Shown here one piece after another: positions 55,133-64,000 of a stretch of DNA of 64,000 nucleotides. Below the pieces are notes generated by a model. That model worked only from the letters and a program-made list of their open reading frames with translations, was not told where the DNA came from and searched no databases. Numbering within the stretch: position 1 is the first letter of the stretch; each line of letters opens with the position of its first letter. This DNA comes from an uncultured Actinomycetes bacterium. Lineage in GTDB: Bacteria; Actinomycetota; Actinomycetes; Streptosporangiales; Streptosporangiaceae. A program made the translations under genes and the position numbers. The DNA lies in NCBI GenBank assembly GCA_963706115.1, contig CAVPMG010000023.1, forward strand, positions 37,613 to 101,612, given 5' to 3'.

Positions 55133-55362
55133 CGTGCCTCCGTGGTAGCTGTCTCTACCCGAAGCTAACGCCAACCGGTAGGTGTCCGGGTTTGGGCGTA
55201 CGACGAACTTGGCTCACGGCCCCGGAGGGCCGCCGCCTGACTTAACGTGACTTTAAAGCCTTAGTCATGCTATAACTCTGGTCCTGTTGCCCCGCGTGGT
55301 CCGATAATCGTCCCTGCTGCCATCGGGAGGGGCGGTTTGCCGTCAGGGGAAGCAGGGGGGGT

Positions 55363-57846
55363 ATGGGGAGCAATCGGTCGGTCGTAAGGCTGCTTGTGCC
55401 GTTGCTGGTGCTCGCGGTGGTGCCATCGGTGCTGGTGAGCGGTGGTGCCGTCGGCGCTGCCGCCTCGACGTGCGGGTCGTTGAAAGGCCAGAACGGGGCG
55501 CTGCCCGCAGCTGATGAGCTTTCGAATGTCTCCTTCGTGTCCGCCGACGAGCAGTGGGCCGTGGGCAGCGTCGGGGCGGCGCAGCGCGCGAACCAGACGC
55601 TGATCGAGCGGTTCGACGGATCGGCATGGTCGGTCGTCCCTTCCCCGGATCAGGGCACCGGGAACAACGCTCTCAATGGCGTTTCCATGATCCCCGGTGC
55701 GGGCTGGGCGGTCGGCTACGCGCAAGTCAGCGGGAAGTATCAGCCGCTGGCGGCGGCCTGGGATGGAACGCAGTGGAACCAGAACTCGCCCGCACCCTTC
55801 GCCGCCAACGCGCTCTTCACCGGCGTCGACACCCTGGCCGACGGAAGCGCGTGGGCGGTTGGCTTCCAGACGGCGGCCGACGGGACGCGGCAGACGCTGA
55901 TCGAGCAGGAATCCGGCGGGACGTGGACGCCGGTGGCGAGCCCCAACGATGGGACCGCCACGACGGACAACTCGCTCACGGCCATCGCCGGGACGCAGGC
56001 GACCGGATTGTGGGCCGTCGGCTGGCGGGAGAGCCCGAGCGGGCTGCAGCCGGTCATACTGAACTACGACACGAGCCAGCCCTCGCCCACCTGGGTCTCG
56101 GTGACCGGCGCGGGTGGCGTCCTGCCGCCCGGCGGCACCATCGACACGGTCCTGACCGGGGTTGACGTGCTGTCGGCCACCGACGTGTGGGCCGTGGGTT
56201 ACTACTTCGACGGCAGCGTCAACCAGCCGCTGGCGCTGCACTGGGACGGCAGCACCTGGAGCAACTCGCCGGTTCCCGGCGCCGGGATGCTGCGCAAGGT
56301 CAGGGCGCTCGCTCCGGACAACGTGTGGGCGGCCGGCACCTTCTACAACGGGACCGCGCAGGTCTACCAGTCGCTGGTGGAGCATTTCGACGGCACGTCA
56401 TGGGCGCCGGTGATGTCGGCCAACGCCCCCAAGGCCGACACCGAGATCATCGGCCTTGCGGCCGACCCGGGGGGGTCGAGCCTTACCCTGGTGGGCCGGC
56501 AGGGCTCCAAGGCGATCGTCGAACAGGCGAGCTGCCCGTCGGGACCCCTCTCGCTCGACCCCGATTCACCTGCGCTCGTTCCGTCGGTGCCAAGCCTCCC
56601 GGCCGTTGGCCCCGCGCCGGCCCCACCGCCGCCGACACCCCCCGCAACGACCGCGATCCCGGTGACCATCACCGACCAGGCGGAGGCAGCGGGCATCAGC
56701 GGGCCGCAGGACTGGACGTTCGGCGCGTCCGTTGCCGATTTCAACGGGGATAACTGGCCGGACATCTTTATCGCGCGCCACTGGCATCCGGCCGATCTGT
56801 GGCTCAACAACCAGGACGGCACGTTCACTCAGTCCGACGGCCCCTACTTCGAGTCGATCAAGGACCGGCACGACTGCCAGGCCGCCGATTTCAACCAGGA
56901 CGGCCTGCAGGACATGTTCTGCAGCGTGGGAGCCGATCGCGGCTCCGCGGCGAAAGCAAATGCGCTGTACATCCAGCAGCAGTCTGGCGGCACGTTCACC
57001 GACCAGGCCTACCAGTGGAACGTGACCGACCCGTGGGGCCGCGGCCGGTACGGCGCGGTGCTGGACGCGAACAACGACGGCTACCCGGACATCTTCTACG
57101 GCACGGAATCGCTGCGCCCGGACGGTATGCCGTCCATCGACCGGTTCTACATCAACACCGGGCAGGGCTCGTTTGTCGACGACCCGGCCATGGGGCTCGA
57201 TATGAACATCGGATCGCTGTGCGCGCACACCGTCGACTACAACCGTGATGGCTGGCCGGACCTGCTGGTCTGCGGGGAATCCGGTGGTGGCCTGCACCTG
57301 TTCAAGAACGACCAGGGCCAAGGTTTCACCGACGTGTCCTCGATCCTCGGCGCCCCGATCAAGGTCCAGGACGCCGCTATGGTCGACGTCAATCACGACA
57401 ACCTCCCCGACCTCATCACGCTCACCGGGGGCGCGGTCGCCGAACGCCTCCAGCTCGCCAACGGGACCGGGACCTTCGGCAAGCCGAAGACCATCCTCCC
57501 TCGCATTAAGAAGGCCGTGTCACTCGCGGTCGGCGACGTCAACGGCGACAACAACCCGGACATCTATGTTGTCTGCGGCAGGCTCAACAACCAGAACGCC
57601 ACGGACTACCTGCTGATCGGGAACGCCAAGGGCACCAGCTTCACCCAGATGACGATCCCCGAGACAACCCTCGGCGGCGGCACCCGCGCCTACCCGATCG
57701 ACTACACCAAGGACGGCCTCAGCTCGTTCCTGGTGCTCAACGGCCAGGTTCCCAATACCGGCCTGGTTCAGCTTCTTACGCCCCAGCCCTCGATGTCGGG
57801 GCCACTGGCGCGAATCATGTCCCATAAGCCCGGCGCCGCGCCTTAA
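55363..57846 (+). CDS. Secreted fusion of a Cys-less 7-blade propeller and an FG-GAP/VCBS (integrin-alpha-like, CRTAC1/ASPIC-like) repeat domain
   Basis: Signal peptide. Seven (W)AVG...(W/F)DG(S/T)xW blades (aa 40-390). PT-rich linker (PAPAPPPPTPPATT). Six calcium-type motifs: DFNGDNWPDI, DFNQDGLQDM, DANNDGYPDI, DYNRDGWPDL, DVNHDNLPDL, DVNGDNNPDI. Confidence 0.8.
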   Translation: MGSNRSVVRLLVPLLVLAVVPSVLVSGGAVGAAASTCGSLKGQNGALPAADELSNVSFVSADEQWAVGSVGAAQRANQTLIERFDGSAWSVVPSPDQGTGNNALNGVSMIPGAGWAVGYAQVSGKYQPLAAAWDGTQWNQNSPAPFAANALFTGVDTLADGSAWAVGFQTAADGTRQTLIEQESGGTWTPVASPNDGTATTDNSLTAIAGTQATGLWAVGWRESPSGLQPVILNYDTSQPSPTWVSVTGAGGVLPPGGTIDTVLTGVDVLSATDVWAVGYYFDGSVNQPLALHWDGSTWSNSPVPGAGMLRKVRALAPDNVWAAGTFYNGTAQVYQSLVEHFDGTSWAPVMSANAPKADTEIIGLAADPGGSSLTLVGRQGSKAIVEQASCPSGPLSLDPDSPALVPSVPSLPAVGPAPAPPPPTPPATTAIPVTITDQAEAAGISGPQDWTFGASVADFNGDNWPDIFIARHWHPADLWLNNQDGTFTQSDGPYFESIKDRHDCQAADFNQDGLQDMFCSVGADRGSAAKANALYIQQQSGGTFTDQAYQWNVTDPWGRGRYGAVLDANNDGYPDIFYGTESLRPDGMPSIDRFYINTGQGSFVDDPAMGLDMNIGSLCAHTVDYNRDGWPDLLVCGESGGGLHLFKNDQGQGFTDVSSILGAPIKVQDAAMVDVNHDNLPDLITLTGGAVAERLQLANGTGTFGKPKTILPRIKKAVSLAVGDVNGDNNPDIYVVCGRLNNQNATDYLLIGNAKGTSFTQMTIPETTLGGGTRAYPIDYTKDGLSSFLVLNGQVPNTGLVQLLTPQPSMSGPLARIMSHKPGAAP

Positions 57847-57911
57847 CGCGCAGTGCCGCACCATAGCTATCCGTTTGCAGGAATCGCGAACACATCTAGG
57901 GAGTCGCCATC

Positions 57912-58988
57912 ATGACCGGGAAGCGGGACAGAAAGCATCCGGGCAGGAGGCGGATCGGCCTGCTCAGCGCCGCGGCGGTGGCTGCCGCGATGGCGCTCGT
58001 GCCCGCCGCGGGATCGGTCGCCAGCGGCTCGGTGCAGCCGCCGAGCGCGGGCCCCGCCTCGCCACCCACGACGTCACTCGGTCCCGGGCCCTACGTCACC
58101 CTGCTGTTTTCGCGCACCGAGATGTCGGCAGCGGATAACTGTGTGGAGGATGACACCAACATCGCCACGCTGGACGGGACGGTGGCGCCCTATCTGCAGT
58201 CGCTGGGCATGGCGGGGACCGGGACGCTGGTCACGAAGAAGACCGGGGACACGACGAGGAATTGCACGCATTACAACGACGACCTGACCGCGTCGTGGGC
58301 CGACGCCACCAACCTCGCGCAGAACTACGGCTGGTCGTTCGTGTCCCACACCGCCACGTACCCCGGCCTGGCGGCCATCGAGAACTTCACCCCGGCGGAG
58401 GCGTACGCCCAGACCTGCGGGAGCGAAGCCACGATCGCCGCTCATGGGCTGCCCGGCGCGGCCGGCATGATCGCCTATCCCGGCTCGTACACCAAGAACC
58501 CGGCGGTCGTGAATCTGCAGACCCAGTACGGCCAGAACTGCTTCGACTGGGGGCGCCAGTACGACCACGCTCAGAAAGGCGTGAATAACCTGGCCACCAC
58601 GTCAACGACGCCGCCTTACTTTGTGTATCCCGTCGCGGTCGTCGGCGGCCCCTGCAACGACCCCACGCAGCCGTGTTTCAACGTCCACATCCAAAACGGG
58701 CAGTACACGCTGCCGTCGACGATCATCAGCGAGATCCACAAGCTGCAGCCGGGCCAGTACTTCGTATTCCAGGCATACATCCTGGTCACCGGGACCAACC
58801 CGAAGTACACCAGCAACATGAACCGGTGGGACTGCACCTCGCCGAATCCGGCGGAGCACTGGACGAATATCACGGTGCGGTACTGCTGGTCGGACTACCA
58901 GAAGATCATCCAGGCCATCGCCGCGGACCCGAACATCACCGTCACCGACCCGCAAACGGTAGGCCAGGCGTGGGGCCGTCCGTTCTAG
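57912..58988 (+). CDS. Secreted 358-aa protein with 8 conserved Cys, unknown family (paralogue A)
   Basis: Tat-like/signal N-terminus HPGRRRIGLLSAAAVAAAMALVPAAG. Mature part YVTLLFSRTEMSAADNCVEDD...RYCWSDYQKIIQAIAADPNITVTDP. Gap-free alignable with 61584-62660. Confidence 0.75.
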   Translation: MTGKRDRKHPGRRRIGLLSAAAVAAAMALVPAAGSVASGSVQPPSAGPASPPTTSLGPGPYVTLLFSRTEMSAADNCVEDDTNIATLDGTVAPYLQSLGMAGTGTLVTKKTGDTTRNCTHYNDDLTASWADATNLAQNYGWSFVSHTATYPGLAAIENFTPAEAYAQTCGSEATIAAHGLPGAAGMIAYPGSYTKNPAVVNLQTQYGQNCFDWGRQYDHAQKGVNNLATTSTTPPYFVYPVAVVGGPCNDPTQPCFNVHIQNGQYTLPSTIISEIHKLQPGQYFVFQAYILVTGTNPKYTSNMNRWDCTSPNPAEHWTNITVRYCWSDYQKIIQAIAADPNITVTDPQTVGQAWGRPF

Positions 58989-59044
58989 CGGGTTCGCTCC
59001 GTACTCATCGGCTGGGTGTTTTGGGAAGCGTTGGAGGACGTGTC

Positions 59045-61520
59045 ATGAAGAGTGGGCGATCTGGCGGGCGGGGACGGCCAGCAGCCGTGGCTTCCGTGCT
59101 GGCGCTGGCATCGGCGGCGGCGCTGGCCTGGGGAGTCGGCTGGGCGCAGGCGGGCGGCACCGGGGTCCGGTCAGCGGCGGCGACTGGGGACATCACCACC
59201 GTCGCCGGGGGTGTCGGTGGTCCGGACGCGGGCACGGCGGTGTCCCTCGGGGTCGGGCAGACCGGTGTGTGCGGCATCTCGTACGGCTCCGGCAGCCTCT
59301 ACGTCGCTGACTCTCAAGTGGTGCGGAGGGTAGACCCGGAGGCCGGTGGGCTGACCACGCCGGTGGGCACGGGCACCGCCGGGCCGCTCGGCGATGGTGG
59401 CCCAGCGGCCAGCGCCACGCTGGACACCTGCGGGACGACGCTGGATCACTCCGGGAACCTGATCATCGCGGACTGGGGCGGCAGCCGGATCCGGGTGGTC
59501 GCGGCCAGCAGCGGCACCTTCTACGGGCAGGCGATGACCGCCGGGGACATCTACACGGTGGCCGGTAACGGCACCTTCGGGTTCTCCGGTGACGGCCATC
59601 TGGCTACCTCCTCCAAGCTCGACGGCGCGCCGGCCGTGGCGGTCGACGGCGCGGGGAACTTGGTGATCTCCGACAGTGGCAATGACCGGGTCCGGGTGGT
59701 CGCGGTCAAGACGGGCACCTTCTACGGGCAGGCGATGACCGCCAAGCACATGTACACCGTGGCCGGTAACGGCACCTTCGGGTTCTCCGGCGACGGCGGC
59801 GCGGCGACGGCGGCGGAACTGGCCAGCCCGAACCAGACGGCGGTGGACGGTGCGGGGAACCTGGTCATCGCCGACAGCGGCAACGACCTGGTCCGGGTGG
59901 TCGCGGTCAGCACCGGTACCTTCTACGGCCAGTCGATGACCGCCGGGGACATTTACACCGTGGCCGGAAACGGCACTAACGGCTTCTCCGGTGATGGCGG
60001 CGCGGCGACGGCGGCCGAGCTCAACGGCCCGCGGGGCGTGACCGTGGACGGCCAGGGGAACCTGGTCATCGCCGACCGCGGCAACAACCTGGTCCGGGTG
60101 GTCGCGGCCACCTCCGGCACCTTCTACGGCCAGTCGATGACCGCCGGGGACATCTACACCGTGGCCGGTAACGGCAGCTTCGGGTTCTCCGGTGATGGCG
60201 GCGCGGCGACGGCGGCCGAGCTGGCCAGCCCGGACCAGACGGCGGTGGACGACTCGGGCAACCTGGTCATCGCCGACGGGTCGAACGGCCGGGTGCGCGT
60301 CGTGGCAGCCGGCACCGGTACCTTCTACGGGCAGTCGATGACCGCCGGGGACATCTACACGGTGGCCGGCACCGGCACCGGTGGGTTCTCCGGCGACGGC
60401 GGCCCGGCCACGGGCGCCGTGCTCAGCGGCCCGCGGCGAGTGACGTTGGACGGCGCTGGAGAACCTGGTCATCACCGACCGAGGCAACAACCGGGTCCGG
60501 GTGGTCGCGGCCAGCACCGGCACCTTCTACGGCCAGTCGATGACCGCCGGGGACATCTACACCGTGGCCGGAAACGGCAGCTTCGGGTTCTCCGGTGATG
60601 GCGGCGCGGCGACGGCGGCCGAGCTGGCCAGCCCAGGCCAGACGGCGGTGGACGGCTCGGGCAACCTGGTGATCGCCGATTCCATGAACAACCGGGTCCG
60701 GGTGGTCGCGGCCACCACCGGCACCTTCTACGGGCAGGCGATGACCGCCGGGGACATCTACACCGTGGTTGGCAGCGGCCTGGTCGGCTATGGGGGTGAT
60801 GGCGGCCTGGCTACTAAGGCCAAGCTCGACAGCCCACAGGACGTGGCGTTCGACGGCTCGGGGAACATGGTGATCGCCGATTCCATGAACAACCGGGTCC
60901 GGGTGGTCGCGGCCAAGACCGGCACCTTCTACGGGCAGGCGATGACCATCAGGAAGATCTACACGGTGGCCGGGAACGGCACCTTCGGGTTCTCCGGTGA
61001 TGGCGGCGCGGCCACCGCGGCCGAGCTGAAAATTCCGGATGGCGTCGTCGTGGATGGCCAAGGCAACGTGGTGGTCACCGACAGTGCCAATGACCGGGTC
61101 CGGGTGGTCGCGGCCACCGGCGGTACCTTCTACGGCCAGTCGATGACCGCCGGGGACATTTACACCGTGGCCGGAAACGGCACCATCGGGTTCTCCGGTG
61201 ATGGCGGCGCGGCGACCGCGGCCGAGCTGGGCAGCCCGGGCCAGACGGCGCTGGACGGCGCGGGGAACCTGGTGATCGCTGACAACGTGAATGACCGGGT
61301 GCGGGTGGTCGCGGCCACCGCCGGCACCTTCTACGGCCAGTCGATGACCGCCGGGGACATCTACACCGTGGCCGGTAACGGCACCGGCGGGTTCTCCGGC
61401 GACGGCGGCCCGGCTTTGAGCGCTGAGCTCAACCATCCGGAGGGTGTTGCGGTAGACACGGCAGGTGACCTGCTGGTGGCTGACGTGACCAGCAACCGGA
61501 TCCGGGAGGTGGCTGGCTGA
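59045..61520 (+). pseudogene. Secreted NHL-repeat beta-propeller protein (12 blades of about 67 aa), split by a +1 frameshift at 60459-60461
   Basis: Signal peptide (AAVASVLALASAAALAWG). Blades read GTFYGQ(S/A)MTAGDIYTVAGNGTxGFSGDGGAATAAELxxPxxxAVDGxGNLVIADxxNxRVRVVAA. The two ORF-track pieces (..60598 and 60501..61520) join if GGAGAAC is read as GGGAAC, as in the other blades. Confidence 0.8.
59512..61517. repeat. Ten near-identical 201-bp tandem units (NHL blades 3-12)
   Basis: GGCACCTTCTACGG(G/C)CAG(G/T)CGATGACCGCC... recurs at 59512 and 59714 and then about every 201 bp. Long runs are identical between units. Confidence 0.8.
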
Positions 61521-61583
61521 CGCATGAAGTGGGAATACATGAAGTGGGGATAAGACGCGAACAGAACCAAGGGGGTCGCCACT

Positions 61584-62660
61584 ATGACCGAGCGGCGACA
61601 GAGAAAGCATCCGGGCCGCAGGCGTGTGGGCCTGCTGAGCGCCGTGACGGTGGCTGCGGCGGTGGCACTCGTGCCTGCCACGGGATCCATCGCCAGTGGC
61701 CAGGTGAAGGCGCCGCCCGCGGGTGTCGCCCCGCCACCTACGGCGGCACTCGGCCATGGGCCGTTCGTCACGCTGCTGTTCTCGCGCAGTGAGATTTCGG
61801 CGGCGGATAACTGTGTAGAGGATGACACCAACATTGCCCGGCTGGATACGGTGGTGGCGCCGTATCTGCAGTCGCTGGGCATGGCGGGGACGGGGACGCT
61901 GGTCACCAAGCGGACCGAGGACACCACGCGGCATTGCACGCATTACAACGACGACCTGACCGCGTCGTGGGCAGATGCCACGAACCTGGCGCAGAACTTC
62001 GGCTGGTCGTTCGTGTCTCACACGGCCACGTATCCGACGCTGGCGCAGATCCAGAACTTCACTCCGGCGCAGGCGAAGGCGCAGACGTGTGGGAGTGAGG
62101 CGACGATCAAGGCGCATGGGCTGCCTGGTGCGGCGGGGATGATCGCCTATCCCGGCTCGTACACCAAGAACCCGGCGGTCGTGAATCTGCAGACCAACTA
62201 CGGAGACACCTGCTTCGACTGGGGGCGCCAGTACGACCACGCCAAGCACGGCCAGAACGTCCTGGCCACCGCCTCGACGACGCCGCCTCACTGGGTGTAC
62301 CCCGTCGCGGTTGTCGGCGGCCCCTGCAACGATCCCACGCAGCCGTGCTACACGGTCCACGTGCAGAACGGGCGGTACACGATGCCGTCGACGATCATCA
62401 ACCAGATCATGCGGCTGAAGCCCGGCATGTGGTACATATTCCAGGCGTACATCCTGGTCACCGGCAAGAACCCGAAGTACGCCGATAACAAGAACCGGTG
62501 GGACTGCACCTCGTCGGATCCGGCCGAGCACTGGACGAACGTCACGGTGCGGTACTGCTGGTCGGACTATCAGCAGATCATCCAGGCGATCGCCGCGGAC
62601 CCGAACATCACCGTCACCGACCCGCTGACCATAGGCAAGGCATACGGCCGCCCGTTCTAG
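61584..62660 (+). CDS. Secreted 358-aa protein with 8 conserved Cys, unknown family (paralogue B)
   Basis: Same length as 57912-58988, about four-fifths identical by eye, all 8 Cys conserved. Similarity extends about 30 nt upstream of the ATG (CGCGAACA..GGG(A/G)GTCGCCA(T/C)(C/T)ATGACC). Confidence 0.75.
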   Translation: MTERRQRKHPGRRRVGLLSAVTVAAAVALVPATGSIASGQVKAPPAGVAPPPTAALGHGPFVTLLFSRSEISAADNCVEDDTNIARLDTVVAPYLQSLGMAGTGTLVTKRTEDTTRHCTHYNDDLTASWADATNLAQNFGWSFVSHTATYPTLAQIQNFTPAQAKAQTCGSEATIKAHGLPGAAGMIAYPGSYTKNPAVVNLQTNYGDTCFDWGRQYDHAKHGQNVLATASTTPPHWVYPVAVVGGPCNDPTQPCYTVHVQNGRYTMPSTIINQIMRLKPGMWYIFQAYILVTGKNPKYADNKNRWDCTSSDPAEHWTNVTVRYCWSDYQQIIQAIAADPNITVTDPLTIGKAYGRPF

Positions 62661-62726
62661 CCGCTGCGGGCTGCGACTGTCCGAGGCGGCTGCTGGACTC
62701 AGTGCAGCGGGTTGATGATCTGCCTG

Positions 62727-63449
62727 ATGCGGGAGGTCCCGGTGCGCCTTGTGACGTTCAATATCGCCTCGGTTGACGGCCGCATCGCGGTATCTCCGTC
62801 GACACCGTCTTGGCTCGACCCCCGGTGGAAGCCGCTTTACCGGTTCGAAACGGTGGACGCCCTGTCCCTCCACAGCACCCGTGTCTCCCTCCAGGGGAGC
62901 AATTCCTTTACCGCGCGAGACGCGCCGGAGGCAAGCTTCGAAGACTATGCCGGGGCCCGGGTCCCTGCCGGGGACTTCCTGCCGGAGAGCATGGGCGTCC
63001 ATCCCGGCCGGTGGTTCGTCGTGATCGACAGCCGCGCCAGGGTCAGGTGGATCGCCTCTGAGATGGATGGCACGAGACTGGCCGTGCTGATGTCCAGGAC
63101 CACGCCCGCTGCCTACCGGACGTTCCTCCGCGAGCACGATGTGCCGTATCTCGAAGTCGGCGAGGATCGTGTCGATCTGGGCCGGGCGCTGCACCGGCTG
63201 GGCGAGGTGTTCGGCGTGGACTGCGTCGTCTCCGACGCGGGCGGCGTTCTCAACGGCGTACTCCTCCGGTCGGGCCTGGTCGACGAGATCGACATCCAGT
63301 TCCTTCCGGTCGTCGTCGGCGGCGCGGACGCTCCCGCCATATTCGAGGGCTACGATCTCGGGGCCTTGGGAAGCATCCGCGATCTCGAGCTCATCTCGGC
63401 GCAGACCCGCCCAGATACCTCCGTCTTTGTTCGGTACGCGGTGCGCTGA
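62727..63449 (+). CDS. RibD C-terminal / dihydrofolate-reductase-like family protein
   Basis: VRLVTFNIASVDGRIA..., VSDAGGVLNGVLLRSGLVDEIDIQFLPVVVGG. The start is ATG 62727 or 62712. Confidence 0.7.
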   Translation: MREVPVRLVTFNIASVDGRIAVSPSTPSWLDPRWKPLYRFETVDALSLHSTRVSLQGSNSFTARDAPEASFEDYAGARVPAGDFLPESMGVHPGRWFVVIDSRARVRWIASEMDGTRLAVLMSRTTPAAYRTFLREHDVPYLEVGEDRVDLGRALHRLGEVFGVDCVVSDAGGVLNGVLLRSGLVDEIDIQFLPVVVGGADAPAIFEGYDLGALGSIRDLELISAQTRPDTSVFVRYAVR

Positions 63450-63651
63450 CCCCGCCTCCTCGGTGCCTCCCGTCCGTCCGTGCAGACGCGGGCCGGCAAT
63501 CGTTCTCGTCGTAGTGTCAACCGGAAGACATAAAGGCGCGTCGGATAAGTGGAAGGCCGGGGCTGGCGGGCCAGCTACGGCTGTGGTCCCGCCGACTGCC
63601 CGGCGACGGTGACAACAGATATCGGCACCGCAACCTCGAAGCAGGTTAGTC

Positions 63652-64000
63652 ATGGGCATCTTCACCTCGGTAACCGGCGGATCAACATGGCGCACCCGGA
63701 GCCTCCCGCTCGCTGGGCGGTGGCTTCCGGCTGGAGCCGTGATAACCGGACTGGCGTTGCTGGGCGGCGCGGTCCCGGCAAGCGCGCAGACCCTGACCTG
63801 GTCGGTGGTGCACAGCCCCAACCGGCGGGCAGGCGGCAATGTTCTCAACGCGGTGTCTTGTGTCTCAGCGAGTGTGTGCATGGCCACGGGCGACCGCGCG
63901 AACAGCGTCGGTGCGCTGGTGACCCTGGCCGAGCGCTGGGATGGCACCCGCTGGTCGCTGGTGCCCAGCCCGAACGTGGGCAGGGGCGGCAATCAGCTCG
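63652..64000 (+). CDS. Secreted Cys-paired propeller-repeat protein, 5' part (continues beyond the window)
   Basis: ATG 63652 with a signal-like AVITGLALLGGAVPASA, then LTWSVVHSPN...LNAVSCVSASVCMATG...ERWDGTRWSLVPSPN. This is the same blade motif as 11409-12611. The frame is open to nt 64000. Confidence 0.65.
   Translation, partial: MGIFTSVTGGSTWRTRSLPLAGRWLPAGAVITGLALLGGAVPASAQTLTWSVVHSPNRRAGGNVLNAVSCVSASVCMATGDRANSVGALVTLAERWDGTRWSLVPSPNVGRGGNQL

Noticed and set aside
60423-63992. 1189-aa ORF on the minus strand, the longest in the right-hand region
   Set aside because: It runs antisense to four well-supported plus-strand genes (NHL, paralogue B, the RibD-like gene and the propeller gene). 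Its translation is Arg/Gly/Pro-rich low-complexity sequence with no recognisable motifs. This is the typical stop-codon-poor shadow ORF of high-GC DNA.

Overview
High-GC (about 70% or more by eye) actinomycete chromosomal DNA, densely coding on both strands. I count about 55 protein genes. I recognised no rRNA, tRNA, CRISPR array, transposase or integrase. Left to right: a partial ECF sigma factor; a G1-peptidase-fold secreted protein; a large LuxR/LAL regulator; housekeeping-like genes (alpha/beta hydrolase, SDR, DivIVA-domain coiled-coil protein); a methylmalonyl-CoA epimerase / thiolase / MeaB trio. A five-gene block (7-blade Cys-paired propeller, DUF2127 protein, MarR, BNR-type anti-sigma, ECF sigma) separates that trio from an ICM-type acyl-CoA mutase large subunit. 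Next come a deaminase / ECF sigma / anti-sigma unit, a PLP dehydratase, a YdbS/YdbT-like PH-domain pair, a fused 1234-aa ABC exporter, and an ABC-2 transporter with a HisKA_3 kinase and NarL-type regulator. A decayed VKOR plus DUF929 disulfide-bond pair follows, then a WtpA/ModA-type oxyanion ABC importer with an XRE-PBP regulator, PEBP, a PQQ-like propeller, NDH-2, GNAT, a SCO/thioredoxin-like lipoprotein, DedA, a Rieske oxygenase, a Cys-less DksA-like protein, VOC and a second PLP dehydratase. The right-hand 9 kb is a cluster of secreted beta-propeller and Cys-rich proteins, including a duplicated 358-aa gene flanking a 12-blade NHL protein. The most notable non-genic signals are a perfect 32-bp palindrome abutting the mutase RBS, a 30-bp minisatellite present at two loci 12 kb apart, a 75-bp palindromic tandem repeat in a convergent gap, and several in-frame coding minisatellites. 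Frameshift interruptions of otherwise well-conserved genes are unusually frequent (at least 10). I found no convincing defence, toxin or mobile system. The candidates for novelty are the secreted-propeller cluster, the repeat families and the palindrome. CDS boundaries follow the ORF track. Hand-counted coordinates of hairpins, repeats and frameshift sites may be off by 1-2 nt.
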